A stretch of DNA of 62,186 bases, the filler included, from Rhabdomonas costata (Eukaryota), in assembly GCA_019059605.1 (NCBI GenBank). It is 32 parts of 32 records of this genome, joined end to end, with 100 filler letters (N's around TTAATTAATTAA, not from the genome) between each part and the next. Parts side by side here need not be neighbours in the genome. Positions count along the whole stretch, not along the records: positions 25,316 to 27,161 come from JAHMHO010008268.1; positions 27,262 to 29,108 come from JAHMHO010008269.1; positions 29,209 to 31,054 come from JAHMHO010008270.1; positions 31,155 to 33,000 come from JAHMHO010008271.1; positions 33,101 to 34,947 come from JAHMHO010008272.1; positions 35,048 to 36,893 come from JAHMHO010008273.1; 26 more parts are not named here. The stretch is one strand, 5' to 3'. Position 1 is the stretch's first letter; each line of letters opens with the position of its first letter. Below are positions 25,433 through 36,893 of the stretch, in pieces. The notes beneath the pieces were generated by a model. It saw only the letters and a program-made list of their open reading frames with translations. It searched no databases and was not told the origin of the DNA. A program made the position numbers and the translations under genes.

Positions 25433-28400
25433 TACACTACTCACTCGGTGTCAATTCAACAACATGTCCAGTACCGTCCGTCACCTGTTCTTTGGGGACG
25501 TCGTGTGTGTAAGGGAATTGTAATATCTCCCCCCCCCACCCATCAGAAAAATTTATGACGTGTGGAGTTTTATAACCTGGGGGGATTATAAATGTTATAA
25601 TTCTCTTTGGACCCAAACTAACCTTGTGCCAAAAGGAATTGCGTTTCTAGGAAGTAGCTTACGTCGTTGGGATAGACGCCAGGTCAGTCTCACTGTTAAA
25701 CCAACCAGATCTTACAGTTGCGTTCAGGATCAACTCAGCACAAACTCTAGGTGAATGGGAAGTATGGTGTCTCCATCCCTCTCCAGGGATATTGAACAGA
25801 CAAAAAGTAAATTTTGGGGAACGGTTGCCATGTTTATTCTCGCGTTTTTTGTTTGGCTTTGCTTTCAATCGCAATTGCTGCAAATTTGGGGAGTTTTATT
25901 GCTTGTTTGTGCTTATTGCTCCAAGCTCGAAGTGATTAAGGCCCTGGGGTGGGGTGGGGGGTGAGCTTCCTAGGGTTACGATGCGATGCCTATTCCCCTT
26001 TTACAGCCGTGTTTTTTTTTTCACTCTTTTTGATTTGGAGTCTTTGTGCTCTGATCCTCTTCTACGCTGTGCCGGATAGGTGGAGGTATGCCATCCCATC
26101 TATTCATCCACTCACACAAGTGTAGAATTCAAGATCAAAGGAAAAAAAGGGAAACTCTGCGATGCTGTTTACGGCAGGTAATGTCTGTTTTTGCTCGGTA
26201 TTAACGTCCACCAACGGTAAGGGGCACAGGTTATTCATTACCAGGCCATGTTTATCGCAAGAACGTCACCGAGCATCAATCGATAAACCATTCAGGACAC
26301 AAAAAAATGGCAGTGTGACTCACGAGGTCATTGTTCCGGCTGAAAGGGCAGAGGACTACTGCCCCAACGGAAAGGGATCTCTAAACCCGCTGACTGCGAT
26401 GTGCCAAACTGCAATATTGCATTTTCTTTTTGAGGAAACCTGTAAGAACGAAAATAAACCATCAACGGCGCAAGCACAGAAGAAATAGCAACTCTGCTGT
26501 TAAAACTTTTCGGCACTGACTGCAGAAATGTGTGATGTAGCCACGGAACTTCCGCCTCCCCATCAGTTCCACCCCATCACTCATTACATGATTTTGGCGA
26601 AGCAGAATATGGCGGCTGGTGAGGTGGGGGGGAATACCTGGCTGTGTTGGGCCACTAGTCCCGCCACGCGGGCCTGCGCCGAGTCCCGCACTACAGGAGA
26701 AGCGCAAAGTAAGGTAAAAGAGAAGGGCGGCAATTCGTGGAAACAATTGTATTTTTTTTTGGGAGGGAGCGCTTTGGGGACGTTTTGGCACTTTGGGGAG
26801 AGATTGAGAACAGCATTATCCGCTGCGCCCTTTCATACAGGCATTTTTAGATACTGCGTTCTGATGCATACTGCTTTTTTCTTCCGAGTCAGTCGCTAAG
26901 AATGCTGTTGTTACTGTTGCAACAGTTGTTTTAAAATATTGCAGCTGAGCATTAATTTAAGGGCGGTAGCCAGCCCGCTCGCAGCGGAAGCGGACGGCTG
27001 CACATCGTTTGTGTTCAAACAACGCATCTGTCTGGATTTCTTCACGCGCACATTTCCTGATGTGAGGTCTGTGTGTAGGAGGGGCGGTGAAATGCCATCA
27101 TCACAAACCGCAAGTGACCGCAAGTACCCGCAAGTGGCTCACCCCACCCCTCCCACACCACNNNNNNNNNNNNNNNNNNNNNNNNNNNNNNNNNNNNNNN
27201 NNNNNTTAATTAATTAANNNNNNNNNNNNNNNNNNNNNNNNNNNNNNNNNNNNNNNNNNNNGTTGTGGGGTACGATTTTTGGGGAAGGCTGGGATGCGGT
27301 TGTGGGCGCTTTTGCGGCAGTTGTGGTTGGGCTGTGGGATGTGAGGAGCTCTGTGATAAACTTAAACACTCGGGGAGGATTGGTGGACGGAGCTGTTTTG
27401 TCTGGAACTTGGTGTTGACTTTGAAATAGGTGGGGTTAAGGACCTGGCGCTGCTTCTCAGCCTGGGGACCATCGACTCAGCTTGGCCGGCGGGACTTCCG
27501 CCCCCGAGCCGCGCCTGGTGCAAGCTTGGGCGCGGATGATCACCAGGCCTTGATGAGCTTGCTTCTTCCAATGCTGATGCACCATTCACTGAACTCTGGA
27601 GGCCAAGTCACGCACATTTCTTGCCAAAAAAGTAAAGGATGGGGCAGTCTCTGGTTTCTCTTCCCCCTCTTAAAACTTGTTCTGTCTCCAATTCAAATCC
27701 AACTCTCCTTTATACCAAACTTACCTTTAACTTTTTTTTTTGATTATACTGAAGGATGGCTTTTAAAAAATGAGGATTGTAATTGGTAATATTGGTGCAA
27801 TGATTTGGAAGAAGTCAAAGGATGCAAAAATCTTTACTCCCCAACTAGGTAAAAATACACACACTTTATTGAACTTACCGTCCGTAACCCTCTGGAAAGC
27901 GCCTACCCAACAGCACGGTGTCCAGGCCGACAACATTTTGGTTTTCCGAACTTGGCTGAAACCATGCATCGCAATTTGCCGGTTTTGTCCAAGAAGGTGA
28001 ATCCGTTTGCTTTTACTTGAAACTTGGAATCGAACAGTATAGTTAGATGGTCCATGCCACCTTGTCTATGCAATTCCAAAGCTGGATGGAATGTAATGGG
28101 TAATGGTGAGACATGGCATGGTGGAACTCTCACCTTCCACGCGTGTGTCGCTTCTCACAGACAGCGTGGACTCGCGCAGAGGTTTCACGCAGGTGAGCCA
28201 AAACCTTCCAAAACTAATGCTTTCTTCCCGCATAAACAAGAGAGCAGCACGGGAACACAGAAGGGAAAACCGAAACCGGTGCGGGACGTGAGAGAGAAAG
28301 GAGTGTGAAGGGGGGGGGGGTCGTGGTTTGAAGCACCGGTGTATCAGCAAGGCTTGGGCGTAAGCGTCGGGCGGTGGGTCAGCGAAGCCTGTTTGTGGAC

Positions 28401-29210
28401 GTCACCCGAGGTGACCCGACGTTCTGGGCCCCAGGCTGGGACAGCACTCACTTTTCTGTGTGGCTTTGCTGATGCCCTCTGTCTTGCTCAAGCGCCGAGA
28501 GAACAAAGGGGCTGGGGACCCCTCTCGCAGATTTTCTTGTTCCGGTTCCTTAGAGAAGGAGGGAAACTCGGTATTGTGGTGCCGGGTTTGACAAAGCAGG
28601 GCGGCAGCTAGCAGCACAGTCTCGAGCTGTGAGACCCCCCTGCGAGCGTCGGACTTATACCCGCTGGTTCTATTCCGCGTTTCCAGCGCAAACCGAAACC
28701 AGCCAGAACTCGACCGGAAACCAGTGGAAACGAAGGCATGATTTTATTTTTGTGGCTAAGCCGAAGCAGGCCTGGGGTCTTTTGTTTATACAGCAGAAGA
28801 CTTGAAGGGGGCGAAGCACGGGTCCCCTGGGAAACCCACACATCATTTGCAGCGGGTTAGGGAGGCGGCACACGTGTCCCCGGGGATTCCAAGAAGCTTT
28901 TGCAAGGGGTTAGGTTGCGACACGCGTGTCTCCAGCTATGGGCAGGTGTTTTTCATTTTGTCCAGGATGTCTTGGGACGATAAGCCCAGCGTACCGTAGC
29001 TAATCCTCATAATACAAGTTCTGTCCGTGTTCTGTCCGTTGCAGTAGCAGGTTTCAGCCGGTAGCGGGTTTCGACCAGCGGGGATGAGACCGCCCCCCCC
29101 ACCCAAAANNNNNNNNNNNNNNNNNNNNNNNNNNNNNNNNNNNNNNNNNNNNTTAATTAATTAANNNNNNNNNNNNNNNNNNNNNNNNNNNNNNNNNNNN
29201 NNNNNNNNTG

Positions 29211-31054
29211 TGGGTTGGGCTGACATACATTGGGTTGTCCTCGTTGGCCCCGGGGAAAATCGAGGCGATTTGGGCAAATATGAGCCGCAATTATTACATC
29301 TCTGACGACTGGAGGGCAGAGTTCTACATCAGTCTTGCCTACCACGGTGTGGGTCTCTGCCGCGTGATCCCTCACTTATGCTCGAAGGCTGCAGTGTCAG
29401 ACCTGGAAAAGAGTTGTGGCTCAGGAACATACATGCACATTCAATGTGGATAGGGGAGGTCACTCCACTCAGCTCTTGTGGAACGGCAACATCCATTGCC
29501 CTTAAAAGATTAAAAGATCTAATATTGTAAACTCCAATCAATCAATCAATCAATCAAGAGTCCAGTGCCGGACATGGACCAGTCCAGCAGCCGTGAATAA
29601 TGGAGACTGTAAGAAGTGGAAGTATGCGGGGGATGGACGAGCAGGAGGAAAGCACAGAAGAATAGGAGCGCGGGGCTACGAGAAACAACAACACGCAACG
29701 CTGGGACGTGGGGGGGGGGCTCCTGAACAAAGAGAGGTGCAACGGGCAAACCAAACATCAATTGGTGGGAGGTGGGCCCGCAAATGAGGGGTGTGGAATG
29801 CGTAGGTATTCCCCACACGCGAATGATAGCGGCGGCACACTGCTGACGAACGCCGCTGCCTTCCTGTTCCTATTTCATTATCACCGCCTTATACTCCCTC
29901 TATCCTTTTTTTGCTTCAACCCAAGTTGACCGTCATTTCAAACCAGGCTGACTCTTTGACCTTCCATCGTCGTTGCAGAACGCTGACCTAGTAACTTTTA
30001 GCTTTTGTATCCCTTCGCCTTGGTTCCGCCGGTGCGTCGACTGCGGGTGTTTTCGACAGAATATCATGCAGCACCTCCCCATGGTCTCATCCGGTCCTTA
30101 AGCCTTCATGATTGATGTACGGGACTTGGGATACTTTTTAGGCTTCATCAGTGTGGCCCGTGAGTTCTACCTTATTCCGGAGATCCAGAAGTCTTACTGC
30201 GTGCTGGACTTCGCCGACCTGCGGGTGTGCAAGAACGAGCGCAAGCGGGCCGCTCGGTACCGCCTCGCCATCGACCACAACTTGGACGCCGTGCTGGGTG
30301 TGGCTTCGTTTGTGACGTTTTTACTCCCCATGGCGGTGCTCTCTTTTTTCAGCTTTAGCAGTGTGGTGGTTTTAGGGATTTATTGGGATTATGCCCCCAA
30401 AGCGGAGAGATTTGGCAGAAATGGGGCTGCAGCAGAAGTGTCACGATGACCTCAGATAAAATTCAATTTTTGAATGGGAAACCAGCTCCTCTGATTGCTG
30501 AAGCTTTTGATTTTGCATGATTGTGGGTCAGGGTCAGTAGGGAGTTGTTATATATCATGTCTGCAGTGCGCAGATACCAGAACGAGTGGAGTCCGCTGTC
30601 GCAGGTCAGTTTTGGAGTTTTAGTTCAGAAGAAGTGTTGAATGAAATGCTATTATTTTTTTGTGATAAACGTCATAATCAAATAAAATGTCTCTCATCTC
30701 CGTCCGTCACATTTCTTTTGCAATCTGTAATTTTTTTAATTCTATTTCGGCAGTCTAAACACCCAGGACGGTGCGCAGATTGGGGTGTGAACGGCCACCC
30801 ACACCCCTTTCTTGCCTCGCATCCCTGTTAATGGTGCAGAGAATTTCTGAGTTGCTCAGGGGAGCTGCTTTCAAACTCCTTTGGGACCCCCCCTTTTCGC
30901 AGTTTGTTTCCTTATTGGTTTGCAGAGGGAATAGCAGCGCGGCATAACAACTCCTGGGTGGTGCCCCGATATTGCGCCCTAGCGCGGGGCTTGCACGGGC
31001 GGGTGGTGCCCGTCACTTTGAGCTCTAGCTCCGCGCAGCGGCAAGCCAAAAAAA
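29211..31054 (+). CDS. Leucyl/phenylalanyl-tRNA-protein transferase (Aat/ATEL1)-like protein, three exons, partial
   Basis: Exons contig start-29346, 30142-30297, 30926-contig end splice in frame: NYYISDDWRAEFYISLAYHG-FISVAREFYLIPEIQKSYCVLDFADLRVCKNERKRAARYRLAIDHNLDAVLE-GIAARHNNSWVVPRY; matches the recalled pattern YxSDDWxxEFYxxLAxxGFI..LLPEIQ..Y.VLDF.NLHISK....Y.L.I..D...V...I...H..SW. Confidence 0.75.
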
Positions 31055-34000
31055 NNNNNNNNNNNNNNNNNNNNNNNNNNNNNNNNNNNNNNNNNNNNTT
31101 AATTAATTAANNNNNNNNNNNNNNNNNNNNNNNNNNNNNNNNNNNNNNNNNNNNACACAAGCGCAGCACCCGCACCCGCACCACCGACCGATGGATCAGA
31201 ATTTTCTTACTCAAATGGTTTCATTCTTTTAGAGCATGGAGCAGCAACAGATGGCAAATCACGATCTTACTCAGGAGCTGCTGCGCAGAGTGGTTGCTTG
31301 GCCCCCAACAGAATGTTCGCAGAGTGGAGGAGGGGCGCCAGCATCCACAGTCCCAGAAGTAGCCGGTGCGTTGCGAAAATTTGGTTGTGGTTTGGGAGAA
31401 CGGGTGGTTAATTATAGGTTAATCGGAGGGTCAGGATGGAAGTTGAGGATGGTTGGGTTGCAATTGCGGACCGGATTTGGTGGGTTTCGAGGAGTTGGTG
31501 TCTTGCCGCGGCGGAGGAGTAGAAGTGGAGGATTTAGGACGTGGGGTTTCAGGATCGGTAGTGAGGTGGGAATTCTCGCTTCGGTGTTTGCTGCTGTGTT
31601 CGGGTTCATGGCGATGTCGTGATGTGGAAGAATGAGCGTGGTTTTAGTACCACGGATGTTAGCTGAGGTTGTAACCGTACGTGAAAGTATGGTTCTTCTA
31701 TCACCAGCCCCACACTGAAGGCATCCAAGCGTTTTTTAACAGGCAAAAAATTGTGAGAGAGGAATCCCAGCCGAATGGAAAACAAACCTACAGTAACCTG
31801 CAGTAAAAAAAGAAAGAAGAAAGAAGAAAGAAGAAGAAAATAGAAAAAAGAAGAAACCAGCAGTAAGGTACTGAAACCTACCACGGTACAAGATGCCTAG
31901 CGTAAGATGTATGTCTATTTTGCAGCTATCCATCACCCACTAAGCCCTGGGTCACAGCAGCATTTGAGCATCCCTTACTTACTTTGCGGTAGGGTTATGC
32001 ATGCCTCTTGTTGGTTTTGTTGCCTTGTGGTTGGATTGGTGGCAATTATGCAGGTTTCAGCAGCGTATTGATACCTCTATACCCAAAGGCATTGTGTGTA
32101 GGTGGTTTAATGGCATCAGATCACCGGAGTCGTTACCTAGCATCAACATGCATGGTAGCCAATCAAACGGCATAAGCACCGTTACGTTTCTCCATTCACG
32201 CAAACCGCCATGACCAGTACCTTCCTCCACCGCAATAAGGACGCTTAATTAAGCACCACCACAGTTACCTATACGTGTTGCTTCGGTTGTTCAACCACCA
32301 TAGATCGGTACCATAGTGGCTTCATTACATCTGTACACTGTATGGTTATAGACTGAGGATAGACTGAGAATGCATGTATGCTAATATGTAATAATATATT
32401 ATATTGTATGCTAATACACTTGACCAACCACTGCTATAACTTTTGCCACACATACGCATATACCACTATTTCTTATGTGGGGTGTATTGATGTATGTGGG
32501 GTAGTTGACAGGTGTGTTATCATCAACGAGCATAACATACGTCACTGGTTAGTTGTTACATGCGTATATGCTAAGCTTGTACTAATCTAATGATTCCATC
32601 ATCCATGTTCATGTGAGACTGTGATTGGACGCCAGAATACCTGAGGCTCCTGGCATTGCCGCATTACATGGTTACGCAGCAAGCCCAGGCCACAGGCAGC
32701 AACATCTGGCTCACTAACATGGATTGAGTATACTAGGTGTGTATACACGTACTACTTCGCATATATATACTTGTCATATGTGGAGCTGTGTGTCCATCCA
32801 GAAAGAAGACGAGCAAAATAGAACCAGTCAATAATGGAAGTGTCCAGCCTTAATGTATGACATCACAGAACCCCATCTATCTCCGCGCAGGTTAGCACGT
32901 TAGATGATGCTGATGGACGCCTCCACGAGCATTCCACCATGTCTTGAGGCGGCCACACTATCACCCGATAGTGTTGGTGTACGGTTCCACCACGGACCCT
33001 NNNNNNNNNNNNNNNNNNNNNNNNNNNNNNNNNNNNNNNNNNNNTTAATTAATTAANNNNNNNNNNNNNNNNNNNNNNNNNNNNNNNNNNNNNNNNNNNN
33101 GGGTTTGGGGAAAGCACCAGGGAACAAGGAAGTTGAAAAGAAAAGCGAGGTACAGTGGACGTTACACGGTTGACAGGGGAAAAGCCAAAGATACAGAAGG
33201 TAATGGCAGATTCTGGGATTGAGGGAAAACAAAGAAAGGTTCACCCCGTGCCTCGGTCTCGGGTGACGGAGCGGACCCCGGACCCGAAGGCTCCCAATGG
33301 TTCACAAGGCTCTGAACTTTTGAGTCCAGCTGCTCACTGGCAACCAGCAGGAAGGAAACTATACGAACAGTTGAAAAAGGTAAATTGGGTGAAAACAAGC
33401 TTATTTCCCAGTTGCATAGCCAAATCTCAATGAGGATGGCCACGGAGTTCAAAGGGTGGCCACACAGCCAAACGTCAGCCGTTTCTTTTTGAAACGAAAG
33501 GCATCCAAGGGCACTGCCCAAGCAGGCCTGGGTTCTTTTTCTTAAACACAGCGGGTCGTTCAAAACACTGTGTGGCCCTTTCACCCTCGACCGCTATGCG
33601 CGCCACTTGACACTGGGCGTCATAACGTAAGGTTAATAACGGCGTAACAGGGCTTATCTTGTAAAAAGCGTAGAAAAAATCCCATGAAAGAGATTTCAAG
33701 TGCTTAGCCTGCGTTGGAGGGGGATGACACCTTTTGATGACCGGACCAACTAACCAACCAACCATCGAGCAACCAAACAACCGATGGACAAGCAAAGGAC
33801 CCGCCAGGAGCCTTAATTAGGACTGAGTCAGAGTGCACGACAATTCCCTGGCGAGACTACGAAGAATGGAAAACCTCCCCACCACCTCGTCACACAATGT
33901 CACACAATGGAAGCTCCACTAGAACCACTGGCCACGGTGCATCCGTCGCATTAAGAGGCATCAGGAGTTGGGGATAGAGGGCGGAATTGCAAAGAAACCC

Positions 34001-34646
34001 ACCCGCACGGGAAACAGCGGATGAACACCAACAGCAGATGGAGCACAATTCTCATGACCACGGTCTTGACAAAAGAGATAAAACGCTGGAGAGGACTAGA
34101 AATGCAGACTGCAGTCTGGGCAGACCACAAAAACAAGAAGTAACGCGAATACCTTGCAGGAGAAACGAGAACAGGGCTCAGGGTCACCCCATGCAAAGTG
34201 CGCGTCAAGCCTTCACACGGCAGGAGTGCAGGAAGCGGGGGGGGGGGGGCACGGTAAAGCTCTGAGTGGTGAGAAGAGGATGACCTGAGGACCCCTGTAA
34301 GTTATTGTCAATCGGGTTTTTCCCAGGACATAATACCTGTTGGTTTGTCAGCCGGTTTATTTATCAATCTGTCCTTTCATTGTATGCGCTGGTTTGGCGT
34401 TCTGGGATCAATTTGTGCATTGAATTTGCTTCGTTTGGGTTCACGGGTGGGAACCGGTGTGAGGGAGAAAGGATCGGCCGCGCAGCGTTTCGGGAGGCCA
34501 ACTGTAGCCCGCTTTGGTTTGCCCTCACCGGCGGTTTCATTTTTTTGACCAGCAACGATTGTGAGTGCGCAGTGGATCAAATGCGGTGAGGCGTTGGAGA
34601 TCTGCGGTGTGTGGCCCACTTCCTTGCGTTTTCTGTGGCACTGCAG

Positions 34647-34799
34647 GACTTCAGCAAGATGGAAGCGGACAAGCTGGAGCTGGAGATTATCCCGTACAGC
34701 CCAAGGCACTGCGTGGAGCAGGCCGCAGCCGTAGTCCAAATCAAGGCGGAGGCGAAGGGCCTGGAGCTTGTGGTCTGCGTTATGGCCAACGTGCCCAAG
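34647..34799 (+). CDS. Sensor histidine kinase exon (end of HisKA and start of HATPase region, hybrid-kinase type)
   Basis: CAG..GT bounded exon DFSKMEADKLELEIIPYSPRHCVEQAAAVVQIKAEAKGLELVVCVMANVPK matches DFSKIEAGKLELE...A..KGLEL.....VP. Confidence 0.88.
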
Positions 34800-35372
34800 G
34801 TTCAATGGAGTGGTGCATTTTTTGTGGGCGAGGGTCGTGAGTAATAGTGCGTATACCGCTTCCATGCGATCCATGCGATCACGGAACCCTGTTTGGTACC
34901 GTTAGGTTCCGTTAGGTCCGTTCCCAAGTTTTTGCGTAACTGAGTAGNNNNNNNNNNNNNNNNNNNNNNNNNNNNNNNNNNNNNNNNNNNNTTAATTAAT
35001 TAANNNNNNNNNNNNNNNNNNNNNNNNNNNNNNNNNNNNNNNNNNNNTTTTTTTGGTTCACTGTGGTCTTTTGACAGCTGCCGTGCTACCGGCAGCTGTG
35101 TGGCTGCTCAAGATTGACTGCTTTGCGTGTGTGTATGTGGGTACATGTGTGGTTTACATGTGTGTGGGTTCGTGTGAAGGAGGTAGCGGGTATCGCTAAG
35201 GGCTTCGCCTTGGGGTTTTAATTATCCTGTGATCGCCCCCTCCTTGTCGATAGATTGGATGGGCCAGAGTTGCAGCAACAAAGTTTTCCACTGCTGCTAG
35301 AAATTATTTCTCCATCCCGACGCCAGCAGAGTTTCCTTGTGTCTTTCCTTTTCCTTTTCCTGCCTCCCACAG

Positions 35373-36893
35373 GCATGCATCGCGCTGAACATTGTGGTGA
35401 TGGCGATGGCCTACTATGGGATGTCCGACGGGATGAAGAACGGGCTGGACCTCGCAAACACCGCGTTCACCTGCCTCTTTGGGGTGGAGGTGGTGGTGCG
35501 GCTGCTCTCTCAGGGCCCGCGGCACTACCTCACCAGTCCCAACAACCTCTTCGACCTCACCATTGTGATCATGGGGGTGCTGGACGACTTCGTGCTGTCG
35601 AGCGCGTCGGGGATCTCCGCGCTGCGGGCCTTCCGCGCGATGCGCGCGCTGCGGGTGCTGAAGCTTGGCAAGAACATGAGCCAGCTGCGGCGGCTGTTCC
35701 GAGTGCTGAAGACCACCCTACCCCTGGTGCGGGCCTTCGCGGTGATCTGGCTGATCGTCGTGGTGGTGTTCTGCCTGGTGGGAATGCAGCTGTTCAGCGG
35801 GAAGATGGACTTCGAGGACACTGAGAACTACTGCGATGGGTTCTGCGAGAAGCCCCGGGCACACTTTGACAATCTGGGCTGGGCCTTCCTCACGGTGTTT
35901 CAAATGTGCACCATCGAGAACTGGTGCGTTTCCTTGTCTCTTGTTTTTGCATACTTCTGCTCCAGTTCTGGTGTGAGGCATCCGAATTGTTGTTTGTGGC
36001 ATAATTTCTCACGAAACTCCAGTTAGCTCCATACCCACGGAAACGTTGTCATGAACGACACTTCCGACTCTTGGGCAGCAGTGCTAACCGTTCCGTAGGA
36101 TGCCAAAGTATATAAGTGCAGTGAGAGCGGAGTGTGGTGCACCACAAAGCACGACAATCAAAGTGGGACTATGCGCCGAGAGGGGAGATGGGCGTGGGAC
36201 ATGGGTAACCGCTAACAGTGGTTGCGTTGGTGATCTCCAAGTGAGTGCTTTTCCATGACGCTGCTTTCTTTCCCTCAGGAACGACGTTGAGGTGTGCGCG
36301 CATGCCCTGATGGGAGGTGGCGCTGCGCTCTGTTGTTGCTGGTACAGCTGGTATTTGAGAGCTTGCCTTCCGTGGGCAAGGTGAACTGCGGCTTGGGGTT
36401 AGGGTTAGGGTTAGGACTACTTAGTGACGTGGTGGCGTGCAAATGCACTGAGAGAGTGATGTGATCGCGTGTTGGCGGTGACTTAACGTCAGTGTCAGGA
36501 TTTGCAACTTGCAACCATGTGTGGTGGTAAATTCTCTATCCTTTTCTGTCGTTTGCTTGCCTATTCAAGGCCTCCTTTTGGTTCGTCCCCCGATCTCTTT
36601 GACACCACAGTATAGCATGGTGGTCAGCCGAGGCCTTCCCGCTGCGCTGTTTTCCGTGGTTATTGTCGTCCTGGGTGGGTACGTCCTCTCGCAAATGCTG
36701 CTGGCCATTATCGTCAGCGGGTTTCAAGAGGAGCTCAAGAACGAGACCCAAAAGGCCCAGCGCAAGGTCGCGCTGAGTGGGTGGGTGCTGAGCAAAATGA
36801 AGCTGTCGAAATCCTCCGCCAAGTCCCTGCGAAGTGGGGGCGGCGCCCCCAACTCCGTGGCGTTTGCCCAGCAGGCCCTCAACCACACAAAAC
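35373..36893 (+). CDS. Voltage-gated Ca2+/Na+ channel alpha subunit, one S1-S6 repeat (repeat II-like)
   Basis: Exons 35373-35923, 36279-36291, 36611-contig end: S1 CIALNIVVMAM, S3 NLFDLTIVI, S4 SALRAFRAMRALRVLKLGK, S5 FCLVGMQLFSGK, pore RAHFDNLGWAFLTVFQMCTIENWNDVEY, S6 VLGGYVLSQMLLAIIVSGF. Confidence 0.93.
36393..36415 (+). repeat. Short interstitial telomere-type repeat (TTAGGG)n in an intron
   Basis: TTGGGG-TTAGGG-TTAGGG-TTAGG. Confidence 0.6.

Noticed and set aside
29050-29095. GGTCGAAACC on the minus strand resembling a tRNA T-loop
   Set aside because: No cloverleaf or acceptor stem can be formed.
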